From Chrysomallon squamiferum (Eukaryota > Animalia > Mollusca): a stretch of 64,000 bases of DNA. Below are positions 28,275-40,180 of this stretch, piece by piece (positions within the stretch are counted from its first letter, which is position 1; every line of letters begins with the position of its first letter). Both the position numbers and the translations under genes were made by a program. The DNA is taken from contig CM022678.1 of assembly GCA_012295275.1 (NCBI GenBank), positions 9,672,001 through 9,736,000 of the forward strand, read 5' to 3'. The notes beneath the pieces are model-generated. The model had not been told where the DNA came from. It worked only from the letters and a program-made list of their open reading frames with translations, and searched no databases.

Positions 28275-29945
28275 TGCTGGAGGGGTGTAGCAATACTGAT
28301 ATAAAAATAATGTCTTTATAAGTTGACCTTTAACAGTTGTGACACTGAAGGCAGGATTTTAAAAATTGATACTAAAATAGATGGTGATGAACATAGTTTT
28401 ATAAGTGTATATGCACCAAATAATATTGCAGAAAATATTTTATTTTTAAATGATTATGTAAATTTGTGGATTTTAAAAATATATTAATGACAGGAGATTT
28501 TAATGTAATTTTAGATCCTAATTTAGATTTAGGCATTAATAATAAAACTTTCAGTGTGATAAGTAGTGATGAATTACAGTCAGTTATTTATAATTATAAT
28601 TTAGTTGATATTTGGTTGAAATCCAGATAAAAAACAATTTACTAGATCTCAAAATGTTGAAAAAACTATAAATCAGTCAAGAATTGATTTTTTTTTAATT
28701 TCTCAAAATTTATTACAGTTTATAAGTAATGCATACATATCCTATACTTCAATTAGTGATTACAATTTTTTATCACTTAAAATAGATTTTTCTCGTGTAG
28801 AGAGAGGTGAAGGTATTTGAATTTTTAATATAATGAATTGTGTTGAAAGATGAACTTTTTTGTAAAGCTCTTGTTGAAGTAATTAATAATGCTTCTGAGT
28901 GTCCTTTGTTACAAACTGAACCTGTTGTTTGATCAAATAACTTAAAATATAAAACATTTTGCACTAAATAAGAGAAAATTAGACAACGAGAAATACTATA
29001 ATATACAAAATGCTTTAAAATGAGAATATCCTAAACTAGTTGTAAATAAGCATCATGATTTGAGTAACATACAAAGAAAAAAAGTTAAAATTAATTTAGA
29101 GATTAAGTGTAATGGTGCTATTTTAAGATCTAAAGCTCAATGGAATTTAGATATGGATAGAAATATGTAATATTTTTCTTAGTTTAGAAAAATCAAAACA
29201 GGAATCAAATTCTATTAAAGAACTAAAAACAGTAAATGGATTAACTAGAAAAATGGAAGATATATTAGAATATGCTTATGAATTTTATTCAAAATTATTT
29301 ACACAAGAAAATGTTGATACTATTAAACAGGAATAAATGATATATTTAATATCAAATAAAAGAATCTGAAAGTGTGAGATTGACATTACAGTTAAAGAAT
29401 TAACTGAAGCTTTAAAAGAAATGAATAGAAATAAATCACCTGATATGGATGGTCTATCAGTTGAATTTTATGTTAAATACTGGAAAATTAAAATTTTTTT
29501 TTTTCATAAAGTAGTTATTTCAATTCAAAAAGAGGAAATGTTGTCGTATAGTATGAAAAAAGGGGTAACTAATCTTTTTTACAAGAAAAAACTGGAGATA
29601 AAGCAAACCTTAAAAATTACAAACCTATCAGTCTATTAAATGTAGATTATAAAATTATTTCTAAAGTTCTTGCTAGTCGTGTTAAACAGGTTATGTCAAC
29701 TATTATTTCATCAGAACAAAGTTGTTGTGTAAAAGGAAGAGATGTTGCTGATAATATTATGTAGTGAGGGATGTTACAGATATTGCTGAGTTAAATAATA
29801 CTGAAGGGTTTGTTGTTAAAATGGATCAAGAAAAAGCTTTTGATAGAGTGTCACATAGTTTTATAATAAAAGTTATGAAAAAAAATGAATTTTGGTGATA
29901 AATTGGTTGTGACAACTTGTGTAAATGATCTTAAAATTGTGTCTA
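28275..29945 (+). mobile_element. Tx1/L1-clade LINE ORF2 relic: AP endonuclease and start of RT
   Basis: Degenerate motifs GVAIL, DTEGRIL, SVYAPN, TGDFN, SRIDFF, KSPDMDGLSVEFY, NYKPISLLNVDYKIISKVLA, DQEKAFDRVSH; many stops. Confidence 0.9.
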
Positions 29946-30137
29946 CTTAGCAGGGCAAGCTGAAATGTACCAGTGAGGATCTGTCGATGTCCCGGTTCTC
30001 ATTAATTGTGTTTTACCTGGGTAGCCTGCCATTTTCTCTCACTTTACTTAATATATAATAAAAACAATGCCATTTTACGCAATTAATTCCATATCAGTAA
30101 TTTTATTACTTTTATTTAGAAACTCTCTTACTTACAG

Positions 30138-30314
30138 ACACTGTGATTATCAGCTTGAAAGAGTCTGACAGTTTATCTCATGTTGAGAATGTTGTCAGTA
30201 ATACTGATAGAAACCAGAGAAACAGATTCCAGTCAGAATATTTTTGTCAGCAGTTCCTACAGTTCCTAGATGTTTTGAGAAGAAAGCATGCAACATCAAT
30301 AGTGGAAAAAATAG
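30138..30314 (+). pseudogene. Unassigned exon-like segment
   Basis: Open frame TVIISLKESD..QQFLQFLDVLRRKHATSIVEKI ending at an AG|GTAAGT donor. Confidence 0.4.
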
Positions 30315-30479
30315 GTAAGTTCTTTTTGAGTAATATTATTTATTGTTGTTAGAGAATAACATTTTACAGGAAAGAAGAAACTTTAACACATAAGATGAAT
30401 TGAACTGGATAAATAAGACACATAAAAACTTTCATAATGAAGATGTGATAATGAAGTTGTAGGCTATTTATTTATTTAG

Positions 30480-30514
<35 letters not shown>

Positions 30515-30529
30515 TTTCATGTGATCCTT

Positions 30530-32200
30530 TGCAGTTTTTGCCAGGGATCAGCAATGGTCAGAGTTTTTGTAGTGATTTCCACCAGAATAGCTAAATGGGT
30601 TATATCACTGTGTACATTTCATTGTTGTGTGTGACATTTCTGACACTGTCCACACTTAGGTAGCTGCATCAAAAACCAGATTATTCTTGTTCTTTGGCTC
30701 GAGAGGTCAGTGCTGCAGTGTGGACTTTGTTGTCAGAGTCTTTGTCACACAGTGTTGCAGTGTGGACTTTGAAATACTCAGAGTCTTTGTCACACAGTGT
30801 TGCAGTGTGGACTTTGAAATACTCAGAGTCTTTGTCACACAGTGTTGCAGTGTGGACTTTGAAATACTCAGAGTCTTTGTCACACAGTGTTGCAGTGTGG
30901 ACTTTGAAATACTCAGAGTCTTTGTCACACAGTGTTGCAGTGTGGACTTTGAAATACTCAGAGTCTTTGTCACACAGTGTTGCAGTGTGGACTTTGAAAT
31001 ACTCAGAGTCTTTGTCACACAGTGTTGCAGTGTGGACTTTGAAATACTCAGAGTCTTTGTCACACAGTGTTGCAGTGTGGACTTTGAAATACTCAGAGTC
31101 TTTGTCACACAGTGTTGCAGTGTGGACTTTGAAATACTCAGAGTCTTTGTCACACAGTGTTGCAGTGTGGACTTTGAAATACTCAGAGTCTTTGTCACAC
31201 AGTGTTGCAGTGTGGACTTTGAAATACTCAGAGTCTTTGTCACACAGTGTTGCAGTGTGGACTTTGAAATACTCAGAGTCTTTGTCACACAGTGTTGCAG
31301 TGTGGACTTTGAAATACTCAGAGTCTTTGTCACACAGTGTTGTAGTGTGGACTTTGAAATACTCAGAGTCTTTGTCACACAGTGTTGCAGTGTGGACTTT
31401 GAAATACTCAGAGTCTTTGTCACACAGTGTTGCAGTGTGGACTTTGAAATACTCAGAGTCTTTGTCACACAGTGTTGCAGTGTGGACTTTGAAATACTCA
31501 GAGTCTTTGTCACACAGTGTTGCAGTGTGGACTTTGAAATACTCAGAGTCTTTGTCACACAGTGTTGCAGTGTGGACTTTGAAATACTCAGAGTCTTTGT
31601 CACACAGTGTTGCAGTGTGGACTTTGAAATACTCAGAGTCTTTGTCACACAGTGTTGCAGTGTGGACTTTGAAATACTCAGAGTCTTTGTCACACAGTGT
31701 TGCAGTGTGGACTTACTCAGAGTGTGGACTTTGAAATACTCAGAGTCTTTGTCACACAGCGTTGCAGTGTGGACTTTGAAATACTCAGAGTCTTTGTCAC
31801 ACAGTGTTGCAGTGTGGACTTTGAAATACTCAGAGTCTTTGTCACACAGTGTTGCAGTGTGGACTTTGAAATACTCAGAGTCTTTGTCACACAGTGTTGC
31901 AGTGTGGACTTTGAAATACTCAGAGTCTTTGTCACACAGTGTTGCAGTGTGGACTTTGAAATACTCAGAGTCTTTGTCACACAGTGTTGCAGTGTGGACT
32001 TTGAAATACTCAGAGTCTTTGTCACACAGTGTTGCAGTGTGGACTTTGAAATACTCAGAGTCTTTGCTGAATCTCACAACATCTTCAGACATTTGTCCAG
32101 TGTGTCTGTGTAAAACTATATGAAAACAGATTTTTATTCAGCAGCTCCTTTGTCTTGAACTTGTACATTTAGTGCTGTTTATACTTCTGTACTGATTGAT
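30530..32200 (-). mobile_element. Probable pogo/Tc1-like transposase N-terminal (HTH) relic hosting the 45-bp array
   Basis: With the array collapsed, the minus strand reads TDTLDKCL..DSAKTLSISKSTLQH (HTH-like), then frameshifted NPF..WWKS reminiscent of the CENP-B/pogo HTH. Confidence 0.4.
30710..32066 (+). repeat. 45-bp minisatellite, ~30 near-identical units
   Basis: Unit GAGTCTTTGTCACACAGTGTTGCAGTGTGGACTTTGAAATACTCA; one irregular unit near 31713. Confidence 0.98.
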
Positions 32201-32279
32201 TAGTTTCTGCCATGTTTATAGATCAGAAAGTACATGAACTGGATCTTTATTTCCAGTTTTGTATTTCAATTTATTGCTG

Positions 32280-32327
<48 letters not shown>

Positions 32328-32853
32328 TAAATGCATTTTGCATGTGCTTATGTGTATGTGATAATTAACACTGACTTCAAACTAAAACTGAAGAGTAAAT
32401 TCTAGATATATTAATTACTTCATAATTTTAGTTAACATCACAAAATTGCAAATGAAAAAAAAAAAAACTCTGGAAATCTTTGTAATTGTATAAATACTTT
32501 AATCCTAGGATTAAAATTAATTTCCTGTTTGAGAATCCATTTTCCCACTGGAATCTAGGACAGCATTTTCCAAATTAAACACTGTTTTAAAAATATTTTC
32601 ATGTTATTATTGAATTGTTTTTTTTTTTAAATTATTATTCTTAATATGTTAATTCTGTTTTTCAGCTGCAGTAACACAAAAGTTGTTTTTTTGAAATTCT
32701 TTGATTCTCTGGACTGCCTCTGAAATCCTGGTGATCTTCTCAAAGAGGTTATTAAAAATGGAAATGTGAGTGGTTTAGGAAAATGTTGTCTTGGTGTTTC
32801 TAATTCTGCAGTACAGGTAGCTGTGATCCCTTCTCATTACCTCTCAGTAGTTA

Positions 32854-32894
<41 letters not shown>

Positions 32895-34337
32895 TTATTC
32901 ACTGTAGTCTTTTTTCTTTTGGATGACGTGAAACTAAACTGAAAATCGAGACTTGTTTCTGACTCGCATGTGGCTTTGCATCTGCTAAAAAACTGTTTTT
33001 TTTTTAATCTGCATTTACTATTGAACGAAAACAGATAATATTGAATTCGCTGATAAGAAATGTTCACTTACTAATAATGTTTATGACATCAAGGCAGACA
33101 TCAAATGAAATAACGATACAGAACTCTCTGGTATGGAACTAGGCAAGTCTTAGATTGTAATGTTTATATCAGTTTTCATTTTCTTAAACAATAACTGAAT
33201 AAGAATTTAAAAATATATATATATTGTTTTGTTATTTATTTATTTATTATTATTAACACTGAACAGTCTATGCATTTTTCATTATCAGTAATAGAAAATA
33301 TATAAATATTGATTTTGTTTCATAAAAAAACAATGAAAACTTATTTTTAAAAAACATGTAGTGCTATAAGAAGCATGAAGAAGATGTATTTTCCACAGAA
33401 ACACATGAAAAATATCAAATAAACCCACTTTTAATAATCAACAGTGAAACAGTAAATTAAGTAAAATATTCATTTTTCACAGTGACATACACTGAATTTT
33501 TTACTTTTTATTATTATTATTTGTTTTTTATATTGATCTTGCTTCTTTTTCAAAGTTTTTGGAAGCAGCACATTAAATTTCAGTTTTCACTTTATAAAGA
33601 GCTCAGTGCATAATGAGATGTGAACATTCATGTTTTTTTTTTGTTTTTCAATTAAAAAGGAAGAAGTGAGAAGACCTGAAATTAAGGAGATGTTTTATTA
33701 TCTACACACAGTCTGATGGTGAAAAGAAGAGGTGTAAAGGTTACACCAACTTTTATTGTAAACAAGAAGCCCAGTACACATGAAGAAATATGGATGGGTT
33801 TCCAGGTAAGTTCCCTTTTTAAATAAATGTATTAGGGTGAAGGTATAAATGAATACCAGATAATTAAATGTGAGAGGTAGTTTAAAAAGAAGCTCATTGT
33901 ATATTGAAAAAAAATTTAACGGTTTTTCACTTTAATAATAAATTAAAAAAGTATCCAGTAACAGATGCACAGATGGATAGAAAGACAGATGATGGATTGA
34001 TACACAGATTATACAGACTGCATGAAAAAGAGAGTCAGAAGGTTGATCAGTAGTCATAGTTAGGCAGGTGGTAAGAAAATGGAATAATAAAATACACACA
34101 GACAGACAGACAGACACTGCAAACCTTTATTACAGCAGTTCAAACTTGAAAAACATCTTGAGTTGCACAAAAAAAATTGTTGTTGAAACATTTTGTTTGA
34201 CCCTTTTTTTCACTTCACAATTTCATTTCACAAACTCTTGTCCTCCTGCAGTGGACTCCTTTGTCAGCCCTGCTCTAAGATACATCATGAGACAACAGCT
34301 CTCTCGGGAGACAGACATCAAACTGGTTCCTTTCACT

Positions 34338-34652
34338 GGGTGACAGCTGGTCAGGTTTCGAGTTGGGTGACAGCTGGTCAGGTTTCGAGTTGGGCGACAG
34401 CTGGTCAGGTTCCGAGTTGGGCGACAGCTGGTCAGGTTCCGAGTTGGGCGACAGCTGGTCAGGTTTCGAGTTGGGCGACAGCTGGTCAGGTTCCGAGTTG
34501 GGCGAAAGCTGGTCAGGTTTTGAGTTGGGCGACAGCTGGTCAGGTTTCGAGTTGGGCGACAGCTGGTCAGGTTTCGAGTTGGGCGACAGCTGGTCAGGTT
34601 TCGAGTTGGGCGACAGCTGGTCAGGTTTCGAGTTGGGTGACAGCTGGTCAGG
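34338..34652 (+). repeat. 27-bp minisatellite, ~11 units
   Basis: Unit GGGCGACAGCTGGTCAGGTTTCGAGTT. Confidence 0.95.
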
Positions 34653-34725
34653 TAAGACAGTTGCCTGCACTGTAGCTCGAATTCTTCCTGAATTAAAAAA
34701 CTTGACGCCTACACCGAGTTCCTTG

Positions 34726-35050
34726 TGTCTTTGATGTAACAATAACAGTACCTCTAATCCCTACTATATAACTTGTCTTTGATGTAACAATAACAGTACA
34801 TCTAATCCCTACTATATAACTTGTCTTTGATGTAACAATAACAGTACCTCTAATCCCTACCATATAACTTGTCTTTGATGTAACAATAACAGTACCTCTA
34901 ATCCCTACTATATAACTTGTCTTTGATGTAACAATAACAGTACCTCTAATCCCTACTATATAACTTGTCTTTGATGTAACAATAACAGTACCTCTAATCC
35001 CTACTATATAACTGGTCTTTGATGTAATATATAACTGGTCTTTGATGTAA
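34726..35050 (+). repeat. 48-bp minisatellite, ~6 units
   Basis: Unit CTTGTCTTTGATGTAACAATAACAGTACCTCTAATCCCTACTATATAA. Confidence 0.95.
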
Positions 35051-35189
35051 AAATAACTCAACCACTAATCCCTACAATGAACAGATGTAAGACAGCACTG
35101 AACCCATTTGACTGTCAGTATTAAAATCACTGGTCTTTGATGTAAGAATAACACAATAAAGCAACATTTGCTCTGAAGAAGACTGTAAA

Positions 35190-35490
35190 TAAGACTGGGA
35201 GATATAGGAATATTGAGAGAGCAGAAAGAATATGTCTATTATGTATAGCAGTGGTGAAACTGAAGATGTAATTGAAAATAACATAATTTGGGAAAATATT
35301 TATTTAAAGCATTTCAGTGTAGAAAAGTTTTGATTTGTTTGACATAATGTATCTGCTATTAATATTCTCCAAAGGATTTTTCTGTTTTTATCATACTGTC
35401 ACTATTGGTAATTCTTGTTTTCTTCTTATTATTATTGACATTGTATATCAATAAGCTGTAAAGCTTAGAATAATAAAGAATTGAATTGAG
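35190..35490 (+). mobile_element. 3' end of another LINE (L2/CR1-group-like)
   Basis: TGRYRNIERAERICLLC..GETED matches the common ETGRY..ER.C..C..ED C-terminal motif; ends in AATAAAGAATTGAATTGA. Confidence 0.6.
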
Positions 35491-35571
35491 CCACTAATGA
35501 TGTTGCAAAGCCTTAAACCTGCTTGACTGATTGTCTGAATTACTGTCAGTCAAACAACACCATGGAAAATC

Positions 35572-35775
35572 CAGTCATTTGCCTAATTCCTGTAATTTTT
35601 AGTCATTTGCCCAATTCCTGGAACTTTTAGTCATTTGCCCAATTCCTGTAATTTTTAGTCATTTGCCCAATTCCTGGAACTTTTAGTCATTTGCCCAATT
35701 CCTGTAAATTTTAGTCATTTGCCCAATTCCTGTAAATTTTAGTCATTTGCCCAATTCCTGGAAATTTTAATCATT
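35572..35775 (+). repeat. ~28-bp minisatellite, ~7 units
   Basis: Unit AGTCATTTGCCCAATTCCTG(G/T)AA(C/T)TTTT. Confidence 0.9.
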
Positions 35776-37267
35776 AGGCCTAATTTCTGATGGTTTTGGG
35801 TGTTAGGTAAATGACTTTTTTGACATATTGACTGTAACATATATATGCATCTGTAAGAATGTTTTATTCTATTTTTTTGAATGTGTTTATAGATGGAAAG
35901 ACATACAGAAAAATAGATATGTAAGGTAGTTATGTAGACATTGATGTGTAGGTAACTAGTGAAATGCATTGATCATACATGGATGGTTACTGATGGATCA
36001 GAATATTGAATAGAGGAATAAGATAGATACATAGATAGTAAATGTGTGTATGTGTGTATAAATTATTCTAAAATCTGATCAAGTAATAACCTAAAAAAAA
36101 AAAAAAAACAATAAAAATATAAATAAAACTATTTTAATATTTAATATACTTCTAAAATCTGATATAGTAATAACTACAAAAACAACAGTTATAAAAATTA
36201 AAAATATTTTAATAATATTTAAGATAATTCTAAATAAATGTATACAACAACAATAAAAAGATAAATGAAGCTATTCTAATTATTATTTAATGCGATCCTC
36301 AAACCATTGTGTGATAGCAACAATGATGAAAGGAGAAATAAAACTCTCTTAATGTAATAATAATAAATTAGTATTTCAGTGTTGATACATTTCTTTCTAA
36401 AAAAAAAAAACAACAATAAAAAACATAAATAATATTTGAAACAATTCTACAAATATATAAAATAACAACAACAATAAAAAGAGAAATAGATTTTTATATC
36501 TATTTTTATAATATTTAATACAGTGTTGAGATATTTCTTTTTTAACAAAAGCAAACAAAACAACAAAACATCTTAATATAAAGAATGTATAAAGTCAGTT
36601 ATTAGGTCATACTTTAAAAAATGTATTAACTGAATATTTTTACTTTATTACACTGATTACTTGGGTACATATTTCAAATCTTTAAAACAAAAAAAAAAAT
36701 AAAATAAAAAGTGAAATAAAAATGGGTAAGTCTGACAGACATTTCCTTGTACAGCCTCCAGTCTACCCACATTCCCTGAAAGCAGAGTTTTATTTAAAAT
36801 ACGAAAAAAAATAGCCATGGCAACCGGTAAATGAAATATATGTGTTGCCATGGTGACTAAAAACAGTATGTATTGTAAAGATCTGTATTATTTGGTTTAC
36901 AGCCAGGGCTGGATTAAGACAGCACAGATGCTATCAGTTAAATACAAACTATCATCAACTAATGAGTTTGTTTGTAATGTATCGAATCTCATATTTGATC
37001 TGTATTAAAATATATAAACTGTTAACAAAATATTAGCTGTACAGAAATGTGTTCACTTTCTTAAAAAATACATTTTGATTTCATAAGACTTATTTCAAAC
37101 TGATAAATTATGCAAATACATTTTACATGAAAGTAGCGACATCCTTTGATCAGACATTTTATTTTTACATTTCTTTGAGAAATATGATAAAGTCAAAATG
37201 CAACATGCTTGATTCTGTTTTCTTCAAATCTGCTGTTGTTGCTGTAGTTGTTTCATCACCACTTTCT

Positions 37268-37995
37268 GCTGCTGTTCTCTTTAAGCTGGTTTCTGACTGA
37301 ACTGTGTTTTCACTGACTGTGTTACTGCTGTTCTCTTTAAGCTGGTTTCTGACTGAACTGTGTTTTCACTGACTGTGTTACTGCTGTTCTCTTTAAGCTG
37401 GTTTCTGACTGAACTGTGTTTTCACTGTGTTACTGCTGTTCTCTTTAAGCTAGTTTCTGACTGAACTGTGTTTTCACTGACTGTGTTACTGCTGTTCTCT
37501 TTAAGCTGGTTTCTGACTGAACTGTGTTTTCACTGACTGAACTGTGTTTTCACTGACTGTGTTACTGCTGTTCTCTTTAAGCTGGTTTCTGACTGAACTG
37601 TGTTTTCACTGTGTTACTGCTGTTCTCTTTAAGCTAGTTTCTGACTGAACTGTGTTTTCACTGACTGTGTTACTGCTGTTCTCTATAAGCTAGTTTCTGA
37701 CTGAACTGTGTTTTCAGTGACTGTGTTACTGGTGTTTTCACTGACTGTGTTACTGCTGTTTTCACTGACTGTGTTACTGGTGTTTTCACTGACTGTGTTA
37801 CTGCTGTTCTCTATAAGCTAGTTTCTGACTGAACTGTGCTTTCACTGACTGTGTTACTGCTGTTCTCTATAAGCTAGTTTCTGACTGAACTGTGTTTTCA
37901 CTGACTGTGTTACTGGTGTTTTCACTGACTGTGTTACTGGTGTTTTCACTGACTGTGTTACAGGTGTTTTCACTGACTGTGTTACTGGTGTTTTC
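37268..37995 (+). repeat. Compound 56-bp/24-bp minisatellite
   Basis: CTGCTGTTCTCTTTAAGCTGGTTTCTGACTGAACTGTGTTTTCACTGACTGTGTTA units grading into CTGGTGTTTTCACTGACTGTGTTA subunits. Confidence 0.9.
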
Positions 37996-38159
37996 TGCTT
38001 CTATCACCGGAACATGCTCTACCTCCATCATCTTTTTACCTACAAACAAGTGATATTTTTATATGCCTTTTATCTCTTTATAGCACTGTGTGTCATTAAG
38101 AGTGAGTTTTTATTCTGCATAATTATCTTTGTATCATTAAGAGTGAGTTTTTATTCTGC

Positions 38160-38489
38160 ATGTTATATGTATGTATGTATGTATGTGAGTGTGTGTGTGT
38201 TTCTGTGTATGTGTTTATATATATGTGTGTGTGAGTGTATGGGTATTGTATTAAGTTTGTATGTCTACATGTGTGTGTGAATGTGTCTGTATTTGTATGG
38301 TGTGTGTTTGTGTGTGAGTCAGTTTCTGTGTGTATGTGTTTCTGTGTGAGTGTGTTTGTATTTGTGTTTGTATCTGTATGGATGTTTTTATTGGAATGCA
38401 CGTGTGTGTATGTGCATGTATGCATGTGTATGTGTGTGTATATATGTGTGTGTCATGTGTGTGTGTGTGTATGTATGTGTGGTGTGTGT

Positions 38490-38530
<41 letters not shown>

Positions 38531-39700
38531 ATGTGTGTGTGATGTGTGTCTGTGAATGTGTGCATGTGTGTGTGTGTGTTTTTGATGATTTATGAGTTTT
38601 TTAATTGAGTATGTTTATTGAATATTTTTATTTTTCTATTTTAATGTGATTGTTTGATTTTAAATTAGTAACTTTATTTAAAATAATAAAATAAATAATA
38701 ATAACCAAACATAGATAGGTATTATATTCAAAATCTATTGCTATTTAATTTCAGCAGGTAAAACATAAAAAAAAAACATACACAAAAACACACATTCAGA
38801 AACATATTCATCATCACTAGATAATTTGACTAAATAAAAAATTCACACATACAACACACACAAAAACAAACAAACAAATACATTCACATACACACATAAT
38901 ACAAACACAAATATATTCACACACAGACATACACACACATAATACAAACAAACATCCACAAACATACATACATACACACATACAGACAACATACATACAA
39001 AACATACATACATAAACATACAAAAATAAACATACACAGATAAACATAAATGCAAACATACACAAATACATACACAGATACATACATGCAAACATTTAAA
39101 TACATACAGTGATGCACACAAAACACACAAATACATACAATACATACTTACTTACATAAACAAATACACAAATATAATAATACATAAATACACAACACAT
39201 ATAAAAAACATACAAACTCAAATACACAAATACACATGCATACAACATACAAAAACATACACACACAAATACACAAATACACATGCATACAACATACATA
39301 TAAAAAACATACAAATCAAATACACAAACACACACAACATACACATACATACACAAATAAAAATACAAACATACAAAATACACAACATACACAACACACA
39401 TACAACAATACACATACAAAATAAACAACAAAAACACAAATACACAAATACATACAAAATGCACAAACATACATAAAAATACATACAAACAAATACACAT
39501 ACATACAACATACATAAAAAAATACATACAAACTCAAATACACAAATACAAATGCATACAACATACATATAAAAACACATACAAACTCAAATACACATGC
39601 ATACAACATACATATAAAAATACATACAAACTCAAATACACAAATATACATGCATACAGACTTACACAAGTACATACACACTGATGCACACATTGAAACA
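38160..39700. repeat. GT-rich tract followed by AC-rich tract
   Basis: Degenerate (GT)n at 38160-38580 and (AC/ATAC)n at 38760-39700. Confidence 0.9.
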
Positions 39701-40180
39701 TAGACAGACACTCTTATCACTGGCCCATAAATCAAAGAATGAGGAAATTTTTTTTTTCAGCTGTTTTATTTTAAGAGGCAGATTACAGTTTAGTTCATTT
39801 TTTTAGATAAATGTATATTACGTAGCATTACAAATCCTCAGTGAATGAATTTCAGTTATAGCCAGTGTACAGTGTGACTGAACAGAAACTGAAGACTTAG
39901 CTTTATTTTGAGATTGTATGTAAGAATTGTCATTATTATTTATCACTGAGTAGCATGGTGTATCTCAGTGTTTTCAATACTGCAGTTACTTACATACTGC
40001 TGATTATGTAAGGTTTTGTTTGTAATACAGAGTGGTCTTGATAGTCAGGTTAGTTATTGAACTATTTGTAGTGTTAAGGTTCTGATGTGTTTACACAAAA
40101 TACAGAACATGTACATGATTGTTTTTTATATACAGATGTGCACACGCCTTGCAGAAGCATGACAAATACTTAGACTTTTT

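Noticed and set aside
30710-32066. CRISPR-like array (also considered for the other arrays)
   Set aside because: Head-to-tail units with no unique spacers, no cas genes, eukaryotic context.
30687-32123. 478/346/461-aa ORFs as repeat proteins
   Set aside because: They are read-throughs of a stop-poor 45-bp array, open on both strands, with almost no synonymous variation.
34320-34735. Walker A-like GDSWSGKT at the end of the 27-bp array
   Set aside because: Stop codon just upstream in that frame and no Walker B; the same bases also read as a CAG|GTAAG donor. Not decidable by eye.
37100-37270. Minus-strand KCLIKGCRYFH, reminiscent of a CCCH finger or LINE ORF1
   Set aside because: Needs several frameshifts and is too short to support a call.
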